Below are positions 8,693-17,669 of a stretch of DNA of 64,000 nucleotides, one piece after another. The notes beneath the pieces are model-generated. The model was not told the DNA's origin. It made no database searches and worked only from the letters and a program-made list of their open reading frames with translations. The DNA comes from a virus (Duplodnaviria > Heunggongvirae > Uroviricota > Caudoviricetes), in the IMG/VR virus record IMGVR_UViG_3300047444_000069, positions 64,001 through 128,000 of that record; one strand, given 5' to 3'. Position numbers and translations under genes: made by a program. Positions within the stretch are counted from its first letter, which is position 1, and every line of letters starts with the position of its first letter.

Positions 8693-9343
8693 GTGACAAA
8701 AATTGCATCCATCTATCTGATAACAAATATCACAAATTCGAAGAAGTATGTTGGAGTCACAACCAAGGCCAATCCAAATAAGAGATGGACGGAACACAAA
8801 GCATTCAGCAGAGACAGTTCAAGTCCTCGTCATTATGTGCTCCATCAAGCAATCAACAAGCACGGCATCGATAGTTTCACATTTGAAGTGATATACCGGT
8901 CCCATGATGCGAATCATACAGTGGACGTAATGGAACCATTCTTCATCAAGGAATACGATACCTTTGGGCCGAATGGATACAATCTCACTCCCGGTGGTCG
9001 GTGTCCTATGTTGGGGCGAACCCACACGGAAGAAACCAGACTGAAGATTTCGCAAAACAGACGTGGCATAGGACACAGCGAAGAAGCAAAGAAACGAATT
9101 TCTTCATCAACCAAGGGAATAGCTAAGTCTGAGAAACATAGGACGAATATATCCGCCTTCCGCAAAGGCGGCGACAACTACAGATCAAAGAATTGGATCG
9201 TAGTTCGACCTGACGGACAGGAACTTCAGATCACAAACATGAAGAACTTCTGCCGGACGAACAATTTACATCCGGGAAGAATGACGGAAGTTGCGCAAGG
9301 AAAATTGGAACACCATAAGGGATATAGGTGTTCCAAGACATGA
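8693..9343 (+). CDS. Free-standing GIY-YIG homing endonuclease (Seg-like, NUMOD3 repeats)
   Basis: SIYLITNITNSKKYVG..KRW.EH, GYNLTPGG, HTEETRLKIS. Likely start is GTG 8693 behind AAGGGG; the ORF is open from 8657. Confidence 0.85.
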   Translation: MTKIASIYLITNITNSKKYVGVTTKANPNKRWTEHKAFSRDSSSPRHYVLHQAINKHGIDSFTFEVIYRSHDANHTVDVMEPFFIKEYDTFGPNGYNLTPGGRCPMLGRTHTEETRLKISQNRRGIGHSEEAKKRISSSTKGIAKSEKHRTNISAFRKGGDNYRSKNWIVVRPDGQELQITNMKNFCRTNNLHPGRMTEVAQGKLEHHKGYRCSKT

Positions 9344-10237
9344 TCAAGTAGCCGGATTGAAGGGAATGCACATGGTGGGGAACGTGAACGACAGTTTGCT
9401 TCCCAACGTGTTCTGACAGAAGTCAACGCACGACTGCATGTTGACGGATGTCAGATGGTCAACCATATTCCCGAAGCCAGTATAGAACTCGAACTCAGGA
9501 TAATGGATCGACGGGAACAACGGATCAGGCAGAGACGGAATCGCGGGGAAGCCGGGAATGCTGAAGTTGAACATCAAGTTCGTCGGCAGTCCTGACTTCA
9601 TCATATCGAGATATGTCTGTGGGTTTGGAAGGTTCGGTAGCGGCGGTAATGCAGCAAGCGCCATCGACTTCAGTTGGTCCAGTGTTGGCATGGTCGGCAT
9701 CGCGGGCATACTCGCGAACTTCAGCTTTCCACAAACCTGATTGATCAGGCCAAAAATCATGTCAGGCAAACTCATGATGTAGGACTTGATCAGGTTACAC
9801 ATCGTGGACAACGATTCGAACTCTGGGATGCGCATGTCCGGGAACAGAGGCGAAGGAATGCCCGGAAATTGAATCCCGGCTGCGATCTTTGCCTTCACGG
9901 ATGCCAGTAGGTCGGACGGGTTCCCGTTGAGTATGTCTGGGAGCTTGATATTGAGTACAGGAACCGCTGGCAGCAGTGACAACGGGTCAACACTCAGGAA
10001 ACTTGTCAGGGGCGTCAGCATCCCCGTACACGTCTGCATCAACTGTGTAGCTTTGAGTTCGGCTATCGACGTTACCATCTCGATGTTCGGACACTTCATG
10101 GTCGGGAACATGGGGACGGGCAAAGTTGGTAGTTGCGGCATCGTGAAGTTGAACGGCGGGTTCTTCAGATTCGGTGCGAACTGATTGTATAGGTCGTTGA
10201 ACGAAGGAATCGGCGTGCTGGTACAAAGTTGGGGCAT
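9344..10237 (-). CDS. Pro/Met-rich protein with three internal repeats, function unknown
   Basis: 297-aa ORF with P.P.FP....P..E occurring three times. Confidence 0.65.
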   Translation of the reverse strand: MPQLCTSTPIPSFNDLYNQFAPNLKNPPFNFTMPQLPTLPVPMFPTMKCPNIEMVTSIAELKATQLMQTCTGMLTPLTSFLSVDPLSLLPAVPVLNIKLPDILNGNPSDLLASVKAKIAAGIQFPGIPSPLFPDMRIPEFESLSTMCNLIKSYIMSLPDMIFGLINQVCGKLKFASMPAMPTMPTLDQLKSMALAALPPLPNLPNPQTYLDMMKSGLPTNLMFNFSIPGFPAIPSLPDPLFPSIHYPEFEFYTGFGNMVDHLTSVNMQSCVDFCQNTLGSKLSFTFPTMCIPFNPAT

Positions 10238-10261
10238 GGTAGTAGACCGTAAGGTGATCCA

Positions 10262-10558
10262 CTATTTACCCGAAGTGATGTAGAATCCCTTCCCCGGATT
10301 TTCCTTGAACCATGTGAACAACGGATCGATAGCACCAGTCATCGGTTGTACCGAACATATGTCTTGTGCGATTAACCCCGGAACAACTCCACGCACCATA
10401 CCGGCCCACATGTCGCGCAGGTCGCGCTTATGTTCGTCCGTCATTTCCGGTCGCTTGATCGGAAACACGTCACACGGCTTACCCCACGGATACGACTTGT
10501 TTAGATCGAGTGGGACGTTGCGCTTGAAGCTTGATGAAAGTTCTTTGTCTGGGGCCAT
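10262..10558 (-). CDS. Small protein with a major-capsid (gp23 Gol-region)-like segment
   Basis: MVRGVVPGLIAQDICSVQPMTG aligns to gp23 LVRRAMPQLMAYDLCGVQPMSG. Start taken at ATG 10558, just after the upstream stop. Confidence 0.6.
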   Translation of the reverse strand: MAPDKELSSSFKRNVPLDLNKSYPWGKPCDVFPIKRPEMTDEHKRDLRDMWAGMVRGVVPGLIAQDICSVQPMTGAIDPLFTWFKENPGKGFYITSGK

Positions 10559-10559
10559 C

Positions 10560-10781
10560 TTAACTCTCATGGTCACAGAAGTGTTGAATCGTTTCCCATG
10601 ATTCCGTGACCTCTGGGGCAGCATCCAGATAGCCGTCAAAGTCATCGAAGGTGGTGTAGCATCCAACGGCTGCGACACGTTCTACGTAGCGCCACGTCGA
10701 TTCGTGGTTCATGGACATGTAGTGACGAAGCTTGCGGTATCGTGCCGCGTCGATTTGATCTTGTGTCAGGTTGTCGGCCAT
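10560..10781 (-). CDS. Hypothetical protein (DAARYRKLR motif)
   Basis: Packed in the - strand operon; motif is common in small phage proteins. Confidence 0.6.
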   Translation of the reverse strand: MADNLTQDQIDAARYRKLRHYMSMNHESTWRYVERVAAVGCYTTFDDFDGYLDAAPEVTESWETIQHFCDHES

Positions 10782-10972
10782 TCTGTGTTGATCCAAAGAG
10801 GGCAAAATCTATTGAAGGTTCCGTTGTTGACATCTTCGGTGATACGCCGTTCAGTCAAATTGCAATCGTGGTCATCTGGCGTCCCGGTGGGCCAATAGAA
10901 CCCCAACATATAGTCCTTATAGTCGGTACGCTTCTGGGGACACGTAGCGCACCGCTGCGGCCCTTTAAGCAT
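10766..10972 (-). CDS. Hypothetical Cys-containing protein
   Basis: CxxC near N-terminus; short overlaps with neighbours. Confidence 0.5.
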   Translation of the reverse strand: MLKGPQRCATCPQKRTDYKDYMLGFYWPTGTPDDHDCNLTERRITEDVNNGTFNRFCPLWINTEWPTT

Positions 10973-11147
10973 CGTCCAGTAGTTCCTCTAGCTTCGCTTC
11001 AAGCTTCCACAAATCAACGTAGCGAATCGTTTCTTCCTCAAAGTCGCCACGTCGCGCATAGTAGTCAGTCGAAGGTACATGTACCGTCTTTTCTGTGACG
11101 CATTCCTTCAAGATACCCAGAATGAATGCTGCGTCTTTATTCGTCAT
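10965..11147 (-). CDS. Hypothetical protein
   Basis: MTNKDAAFILG...; start trimmed to abut the upstream gene. Confidence 0.55.
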   Translation of the reverse strand: MTNKDAAFILGILKECVTEKTVHVPSTDYYARRGDFEEETIRYVDLWKLEAKLEELLDDA

Positions 11148-11577
11148 TGTGTAATCCAAGTACTGTGCAGTTCCAATCATTCCACTCGCGAATCGCTTGG
11201 TGGAAGTCCTCATACGCGTTGTCGCGTTTCTCGTTCGTACCGAACACCATCGACCCGGATCGTTCTGCACGATCTTCCTTCGATGCTCCCAACAACCAGA
11301 CACGTTCTGTCTGAATGTCCATCACTGATCGCGAGACGACCTCATAACCGTTCGATGCCCTGAACTTATGGAAGTCACCATCGTCGTCCCCGTACCACGT
11401 CACACGGCTATCCGGCGACTGATACAGGATGTCGAATGTCAGACGCTTGGTGGTCTTGACCAGACGGTAGGTGATAAGGTCAAGGACAACCAGTTCCGGT
11501 GTTTCCTCGCCCATCCCCAAGTTAATCCTGTTCATCAAGTTGTTCCACTTCTTTATTTGTTCTACTTCGTTGTACAT
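11137..11577 (-). CDS. Hypothetical protein
   Basis: 146-aa ORF, coupled to neighbours. Confidence 0.65.
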   Translation of the reverse strand: MYNEVEQIKKWNNLMNRINLGMGEETPELVVLDLITYRLVKTTKRLTFDILYQSPDSRVTWYGDDDGDFHKFRASNGYEVVSRSVMDIQTERVWLLGASKEDRAERSGSMVFGTNEKRDNAYEDFHQAIREWNDWNCTVLGLHNDE

Positions 11578-11759
11578 CAGAAGTGTTCCTCATGATTGAA
11601 GTCTGTCATCTTGAACAGACCGACTTCGACCAATGCCGACTGCATTCCGTTCTTGAATAGGTTTCGGAAGGTGGTGAAGGGCATCGTGACTTCGACGCCC
11701 TCGACGTTCAGCGTGACGCTTCGCGCGTCCTTATTAACGGTTGTGTAGGCTGTTGCCAT
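11577..11759 (-). CDS. Hypothetical protein
   Basis: 60-aa ORF with TGATG coupling. Confidence 0.6.
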   Translation of the reverse strand: MATAYTTVNKDARSVTLNVEGVEVTMPFTTFRNLFKNGMQSALVEVGLFKMTDFNHEEHF

Positions 11760-11765
11760 TCTAGT

Positions 11766-11852
11766 TCAGAAGTACTCGCTAATGATGTAGCCGATGATCG
11801 CACCGACCGGGATGGACAGAAGGAACCAGTCAAATGTAGTAAGCTTTCTCAT
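11766..11852 (-). CDS. Possible 28-aa membrane peptide
   Basis: MRKLTTFDWFLLSIPVGAIIGYIISEYF; GAGG-type RBS upstream; fills a gap in the operon. Confidence 0.45.
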   Translation of the reverse strand: MRKLTTFDWFLLSIPVGAIIGYIISEYF

Positions 11853-11863
11853 GTTCTTTTCCT

Positions 11864-12019
11864 CTATGGACAACACCGTGGGCTTCCACCGCAATAGTGT
11901 TCGTAGTTCCAATCATCCGGGTCGATTTCTTCCGGGCCACAGTAGATGTCGCGCCACTCACCACAACAACAACATTCCATCTGGAATTCATCACCAAACA
12001 ACCGAATCCCCGGATTCAC
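11864..12019 (-). CDS. Small Cys-rich hypothetical protein
   Basis: MECCCCGEWRD..HYCGGSPRCCP; start uncertain (GTG 12019 assumed). Confidence 0.45.
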   Translation of the reverse strand: MNPGIRLFGDEFQMECCCCGEWRDIYCGPEEIDPDDWNYEHYCGGSPRCCP

Positions 12020-12029
12020 TGGAATCAGT

Positions 12030-12206
12030 TCAGTGATCACGTTTGCTCGCTTCGTAGTTGGCCCATTCTTCGATAGCGTTCTGGACCGTTTCCGGCTTGT
12101 AACCAAGCCCCGACAGATGACCACGAAGGCCATCGACGGTCTTGATCTGGTATTGCTTGGCAAGACGCACGGCATCTTGTACGCAGTAGAAGGTTTCGAC
12201 GTTCAT
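12030..12206 (-). CDS. Hypothetical protein
   Basis: MNVETFYCVQDAV...; ATGA-coupled to the upstream gene. Confidence 0.6.
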   Translation of the reverse strand: MNVETFYCVQDAVRLAKQYQIKTVDGLRGHLSGLGYKPETVQNAIEEWANYEASKRDH

Positions 12207-12367
12207 CGCACGAACCTGTAATTGCGCTCGATGGCGACATTCAGGCAGTAGTCCAGCGTCGCGCTGACCATCAGTTCGCCCGTGAATGCATCCACGATAG
12301 TTCCGAAAATTCGCATCTTGTCGTTCGAGTGATGCACGGTCAGCTTGACATTTCGTTCTTCGTTCAT
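12203..12367 (-). CDS. Hypothetical protein (54 aa, below ORF-track cutoff)
   Basis: MNEERNVKLTVHHSNDKMRIFG...; ATGA overlaps at both ends. Confidence 0.6.
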   Translation of the reverse strand: MNEERNVKLTVHHSNDKMRIFGTIVDAFTGELMVSATLDYCLNVAIERNYRFVR

Positions 12368-13035
12368 TGTTTCTCCGCAAGCTTGGCAAGCATAAGCATG
12401 TCTCTTACAGCTTGTTGCGCTTCATCGAGCGTCCGTTGATGGAACAGCACATTGACAACTTGCTGCAACGTCTCAATCCTGTCTTGCTCTGCGGACTGGG
12501 CGAGAGGGGCGGCTTTCTTCGCCGCAACACGGCTCAAGCGGCAATAGGTACAAAGCTCGATGCCTGATGCTGGATCGACTTCGAAATGATGCTCATGTGT
12601 ATCGGGTCCGATCGTGTCAGGTGCATCGCCCATAGCTAGAGCCTTGCGGTAAATTGCATCGCGCATATCCGCCTCTTGCTTGTCGCTCGGATTGGCGAGA
12701 GGTGCGGCTGTGGTAGCTGCGCGCCACGCTTCCATCATCTGACCGGCGTGCGCCCAATCTTCCGCGTGCCGCTCGATTAGATGAAACGCGACGGACGGCT
12801 CTACCTTGGACCAGTCTTGATCTACTTCGGGCAACGCCGCCTCTTGCTTGTCGCTCAAACTTTGTTCGACATCGCACGCCTTCTTGATGTCCTCTAGCGC
12901 CTTCACTTCGTGCTGGACGTAGGTCTGGTCGTAGCCGTCATTCATCGCCATCAGACCAAGACCTTCACGGTAGATGTGGATGTGCGTGCTGACCATTTCG
13001 GCCAACGATTTGTGACCTTTCAGATGTTCGTTCAT
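12364..13035 (-). CDS. Modular hypothetical protein
   Basis: 223 aa; SDKQEA occurs twice and AAPLA twice. Confidence 0.65.
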   Translation of the reverse strand: MNEHLKGHKSLAEMVSTHIHIYREGLGLMAMNDGYDQTYVQHEVKALEDIKKACDVEQSLSDKQEAALPEVDQDWSKVEPSVAFHLIERHAEDWAHAGQMMEAWRAATTAAPLANPSDKQEADMRDAIYRKALAMGDAPDTIGPDTHEHHFEVDPASGIELCTYCRLSRVAAKKAAPLAQSAEQDRIETLQQVVNVLFHQRTLDEAQQAVRDMLMLAKLAEKQ

Positions 13036-13379
13036 TCGAGAATAGTCCTCACTTCGTGACCAAATTGGGCGAGTGATATTTCGCCATGTTCAAAATCGCA
13101 GTGCCAGTTCCACTTCCCGCTGTACGGATTGAGACGAGAAGTGGGACCGGTGTAGATGATCTTCTTCGCAGCTTCGACATCTTCAAACCGGGCGAAGATC
13201 GACCAGATTGTCCCTTCGACATCGAGAGACATGCGAAGCTGACCGGCCTTGGTTTCGATGAACCAGTACTTGTCCTCATATTCGCCGGTCTGTTCGTTTC
13301 TCACTGCACCAAGGGCAAGGAACGCACCTTCGATTTGGCGGGCTGCATCTTCGCGAACTTTCTTTGCGATTCGTTTCAT
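13032..13379 (-). CDS. Hypothetical protein
   Basis: MKRIAKKVRE...; AGGGAG RBS; start trimmed from 13565. Confidence 0.65.
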   Translation of the reverse strand: MKRIAKKVREDAARQIEGAFLALGAVRNEQTGEYEDKYWFIETKAGQLRMSLDVEGTIWSIFARFEDVEAAKKIIYTGPTSRLNPYSGKWNWHCDFEHGEISLAQFGHEVRTILE

Positions 13380-13390
13380 GTTCTTCTCCC

Positions 13391-13735
13391 TCAGTTCAAC
13401 GTGCTGATGTTGTCCAGAATTCCCAGACCCTTCGCGAACACGCCGTCCTTCTTGGCCCATTCGATGATGAAGGCGTTCACCTTGCGCTTCGGAATCTGGC
13501 TGAAGGGAAGCTGCACATCGACCGGCTGACCATCCAGTTCGCCGTGGCAGTACGACACGTCCCATACCGGGAAGCCCGGATCGCTGATCAGCCGCAGACG
13601 CGTGACCTTCAGACCCTTGGTGGTCCAGTCCACCAGACCGCCGTGGTTGTTCTCGCGTTCCTTGTGGTAGCCCTGTGCGTCCACCAGACCGTTCGATTCC
13701 TTCGTGCCGTAGATGTCGCGGTTGATCGTGTTCAT
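13391..13735 (-). CDS. Hypothetical protein, first gene of the early block
   Basis: GAGGGAG RBS, directly downstream of a sigma70 promoter. Confidence 0.75.
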   Translation of the reverse strand: MNTINRDIYGTKESNGLVDAQGYHKERENNHGGLVDWTTKGLKVTRLRLISDPGFPVWDVSYCHGELDGQPVDVQLPFSQIPKRKVNAFIIEWAKKDGVFAKGLGILDNISTLN

Positions 13736-13749
13736 GTCCGTCGCTCCCT

Positions 13750-13756
13750 CTAAATA
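13750..13756 (+). promoter_or_regulatory. Late promoter (CTAAATA) for gp5
   Basis: Motif 78 nt upstream of ATG 13834. Confidence 0.65.
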
Positions 13757-13768
13757 GTTGATAGACGA

Positions 13769-13797
13769 ATCTTACCCAAAGACGGGGAGTGTGTCAA
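13769..13797 (-). promoter_or_regulatory. Sigma70-type promoter
   Basis: TTGACA-17nt-TAAGAT on the - strand. Confidence 0.8.
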
Positions 13798-13833
13798 CTA
13801 CTTTCGTACTTGGGAATTCAAAAAGGTTAAAAC

Positions 13834-16800
13834 ATGGAATACTTCGTTGGTGTCGTGGAGTCGCGTGATGATCCTTTGATGATCGGGCGCTGTCGCGTCC
13901 GCATCTTCGGCGTTCATACCGAAGACAAGACCGACTTGCCTACCGCTGATCTGCCGTGGGCCATGCCTGTGACCCCGATCAATAGCGCGAGCACGTCTGG
14001 CGTCGGACAGTCGCCTACAGGCATCGTACACGGCGCATGGGTCGTCGGGTTCTTCATGGATGGTGAAGATCGTCAACAGTTCATGATGACGGGCACACTC
14101 ACGTCAATTCAGGCCGCAACGATCCTGAAACAAAAGACGACCACAACAACCACGAAGACTAGTTCGGCTACGGCATCTGCACCAGTGGCAGCGGGCGCAC
14201 CAGTGGCAACGACGACCACGATTGTCGTTCAGCCCGATCCCGCAAAAGTTGCGGCTGCACAAGCAGAATTCGATCAAATCAAGGCCGATTGGAATGCGGA
14301 ACTCGACAAGGCATCGGCACTGATCCAACAGGAGATTGCCGCTCGAAGTGCGGGCGACCTCACGACAGCGCAACAATTACTTGACCAGTCAAAGAGCATT
14401 TCGGATGCAGCTAATGCCAAGTACAAGCCCCTGTATGATGCAAAGAAGGCCGAAATCGCAACGCTGAGTCAACCTCAGACCATCACCCAAACTGTCCCGG
14501 CAGCAGGGGTCACGGATTCGAAGCCAGTTGTCAATAGTGTGACCGGCGCAGTCGATCCGACCACAGTTCGTCAACCGGGCGGTTGGGTTCTGGGTCAAAC
14601 TTCGAAGAAATACGAAGTTGGGGCGGCGGGTGCAGGTGCGATCAACGATTACAACAACAAGGCAGCGGGTGACTTTGGCGGCGCTCAATACGGCATCCCG
14701 CAATTTCCGTCATACCTTCCGGCCAAGATGCCGTCTGGTAAGTCGCGCAAGAATCCTTCAAATTCGCCCGTCATTCAGTTCGTCAATTCTTGTCGGTTCT
14801 CAAATCAGTTCGCCGGTATGACGCCCGCTACAGCGGCATTTGATACTTGCTGGAAGAAAGTGGCGGCTGCAAATCCTATCGAGTTTGAGGAAGATCAGCA
14901 CGCATTCGTTAAGAGAACTCACTATGATGTGATGATCGGTAACCTGAAGCGGGCAGGACTCGATCTGACATCGTTTGGCGCTGGCGTACAAGACTTGGTG
15001 TGGTCAACTGCCGTACAGATGGGTCCAGCTTTCACATCGATTTTCACGATCCCGCTGAAGGGTCAGACTCGTCTTGATGACGTGACCATCATCAACTTGG
15101 TGTCGGATTACAAGATTCAGAATACTGGTATCTTGTTCAAAAGTTCGTCGGCTGCATATCAGAATAGTCTCGCAACAGGGCGATTCCCAAATGAAAAACG
15201 AGACTTGCTGAAGCTGGCATCACAGTACAACAGCGCGGCACAGATCGCATCAACGTCATCAGAGAAGGACGCGGTTATTCCGGCCAAACCGGTCACGGCT
15301 ATTCCGGCGAACCCGGATGTTCCGAACTCTTTAGCGCAAGCGTTCGCATCGAACTCAACGCCAACGATCACGTTCAATCCGAAGACCGATACCGACAATC
15401 GGAACCTTCTAGCGATGACGGCAACAGGCTTCAGTGATCCTGATGGCATTTATCCGTTGAAGGAATACGACAACGAACCAGATACGAACAAGCTGGCGCG
15501 CGGTATCTCGGCGGGTACGGTTGCAGAAGACAAGTCGCTCAACCGTGCGACCGGTATCCGTACCGCTGATGACGGTGCATTCGATCAACCGATCAATCCT
15601 TTCAATGCACAGTACCCTTACAACAAGGTGTTCCAATCAGAAGCGGGCCACGTTGTTGAATACGATGATACGCCCGGTGCGGAACGTATCAACATCTATC
15701 ACACATCGGGAACCTTCACCGAAATTGACGCCATTGGCAACATGGTTCGGCGTGTGGTTGGTTCGGATTACCAAATTACAGACGGGAATGGTTATGTACG
15801 TGTGGAAGGCCGTTGTCATATCAGTGTTGGCGGTAGTGCTAATATCACTGTCGCAGCAGATGCCAATATCGAAGTCGATGGGGATACACACCTCACCGTT
15901 GGAAACAATCTCGTTGCAGAGGCCGGTGGACGGGTTTCGATAAGTGCAGCAGAAGCGATGGACCTTCGTGCGCCGAACATCTACATCGAAGCTGATGAAG
16001 AACTACACATAACAGCGGGTTCAAAGATCAACGTCGAATCGCAAGGTCCGATTAGTGCTAAATCGATCACATCAACGATGATCGATGTCGGTACGAATCT
16101 GGAAGTGAATGTCGGTGCGGATTGGAATATCCATGCTGGCGGCGATGCTAACATCGAAAGCGAAGGTAGCACAAACGTCAAGGCTGGTGGTGATGTGAAG
16201 GTGTTCGGTGGAAGTTCGGCGCACCTGAAGTCCAGCGGTTCAACGAACCTCGATGGCGCGTCAATGAACATTCAGGCTGGTGCATCGGTTCAGGCTGATG
16301 GCAACTCGCCGGTCGCAGCGGAAGATGCAGAGTTCAGCGAAGCGGGCCTGTTGGATGGTCGAATCGACTACACGGAAGATGTGTTTGATGACGAATTCCC
16401 GATCATCCAGACTGATCGCCAAGCACTGGCCGTAGAGACGCCCGAAGAAGCGGCCAATGGCGGCACAGACACGATTCGTGCGGCACTGGTGGGTGCGGGT
16501 GTAGCCACGTCATCGGAACTGAATCAAGCGCCTGTAGCGCAGTCTGACGTACCGGTGATCACTCTGCCGACTATCGCAAGTCCGGTGCAGAACACGAAGT
16601 CGGACCCGAAGCAGATCGCGTACATCAAAACGATGACTGGCATTCCGCTTGGATTCAAGCTGACGCCGAACTTCACCTTGGGTCAGTTGTCGGCCAATGC
16701 TCCCGCGCAGCATGATCGAGTAAGGGCGCAGTGTAACTTGACTGAGGGCGAAATCGTCGCGAACCTGTATGAAGTAGCGGTCAACATCCTCGAACCCATC

Positions 16801-17121
16801 AAGGCTGCATATCCGAACATGTTCGTGACTAGTGCCTTCCGAGACTTCTCACATAACACCGTGAAATCTGTCTCGCAGCACTGTTTGGGTTTGGCAGTGG
16901 ACATGCAGTTTACCGGTGTAGCTAAGTCGGACTACTACAAACTTGCTGGTGCGCTGAAGTCCTTGCTTCCGAACTACGACCAGTTCCTATTGGAATACAA
17001 GTCGTTCGGCACTGGAAATCCGTGGATTCATGTGAGTTTTAATTCGAAGGGAAATCGCGGACAAGTGCTGACCATGTTCAACAACAAGGTATCTGGTGCA
17101 GGTCTGATCAAGTTAGCCTAA
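13834..17121 (+). CDS. gp5: Baseplate central spike gp5 with a lysozyme-like middle domain and a C-terminal M15 Zn-peptidase
   Basis: OB-fold (GVVESRDDPLMIGRCRVRIFGVHT, DLPWA); YPYNKVFQSEAGHVVEYDDTPGAERI followed by beta-helix repeats; C-terminal TSAFR..SQHCLGLAVD..WIHVS. Confidence 0.9.
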   Translation: MEYFVGVVESRDDPLMIGRCRVRIFGVHTEDKTDLPTADLPWAMPVTPINSASTSGVGQSPTGIVHGAWVVGFFMDGEDRQQFMMTGTLTSIQAATILKQKTTTTTTKTSSATASAPVAAGAPVATTTTIVVQPDPAKVAAAQAEFDQIKADWNAELDKASALIQQEIAARSAGDLTTAQQLLDQSKSISDAANAKYKPLYDAKKAEIATLSQPQTITQTVPAAGVTDSKPVVNSVTGAVDPTTVRQPGGWVLGQTSKKYEVGAAGAGAINDYNNKAAGDFGGAQYGIPQFPSYLPAKMPSGKSRKNPSNSPVIQFVNSCRFSNQFAGMTPATAAFDTCWKKVAAANPIEFEEDQHAFVKRTHYDVMIGNLKRAGLDLTSFGAGVQDLVWSTAVQMGPAFTSIFTIPLKGQTRLDDVTIINLVSDYKIQNTGILFKSSSAAYQNSLATGRFPNEKRDLLKLASQYNSAAQIASTSSEKDAVIPAKPVTAIPANPDVPNSLAQAFASNSTPTITFNPKTDTDNRNLLAMTATGFSDPDGIYPLKEYDNEPDTNKLARGISAGTVAEDKSLNRATGIRTADDGAFDQPINPFNAQYPYNKVFQSEAGHVVEYDDTPGAERINIYHTSGTFTEIDAIGNMVRRVVGSDYQITDGNGYVRVEGRCHISVGGSANITVAADANIEVDGDTHLTVGNNLVAEAGGRVSISAAEAMDLRAPNIYIEADEELHITAGSKINVESQGPISAKSITSTMIDVGTNLEVNVGADWNIHAGGDANIESEGSTNVKAGGDVKVFGGSSAHLKSSGSTNLDGASMNIQAGASVQADGNSPVAAEDAEFSEAGLLDGRIDYTEDVFDDEFPIIQTDRQALAVETPEEAANGGTDTIRAALVGAGVATSSELNQAPVAQSDVPVITLPTIASPVQNTKSDPKQIAYIKTMTGIPLGFKLTPNFTLGQLSANAPAQHDRVRAQCNLTEGEIVANLYEVAVNILEPIKAAYPNMFVTSAFRDFSHNTVKSVSQHCLGLAVDMQFTGVAKSDYYKLAGALKSLLPNYDQFLLEYKSFGTGNPWIHVSFNSKGNRGQVLTMFNNKVSGAGLIKLA

Positions 17122-17669
17122 GACACAGGTGGTTCGCGAAGCGCGTCCGTAGGACGGAACATGAAGTCCCAAATTCCCCTATTATGAATAGTCGGTTCTA
17201 ATGGGTCTTCATGTAAGCGCTTCGCGCGACTCGCTTCGCTCGTATCACTTGTTTTAGTGATTTATTAGAACCACTAATAAGAAACAGTTTGGAACAGTGA
17301 ACAGGCGCTTCGCGCGAAGGATGCAATTCGGCTATCCGAACCGAATTGATGTCTTGGCAAGAGACACATTCTTACATAGGTACTTCTGGTTCAGAAGCGG
17401 GGCCGGTCACGCTGTACCCCATTAAACCCTTTCTTATGACGCGCCGTGTGATCATCCCGGTAAGAAACAAGATGCACGGTGACGGTTGGTTCCGTCTCGG
17501 ATTTGCGATGTTTAAAGCCATCGTTGCTTTTCACTTCATGTAGTGGGTCGGAATCCCAATGGCTACTGTCTCTTATTCGAACAGGTTCACCGCGTCAAAT
17601 TTCTGTCGCCTGACGTGTGGCTTCATCTTCCGATGTGATTCGCGTACTGCTTTGTTGCCTTGAAGGTAT
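17122..17669. other. Structured non-coding region (candidate ncRNA or origin)
   Basis: About 550 nt with no credible ORF; several hairpins; three GCGCTTCGCG copies. Confidence 0.5.

Noticed and set aside
17346..17543. 65-aa + strand ORF in the non-coding gap
   Set aside because: No RBS, no recognisable composition, and it overlaps hairpins.
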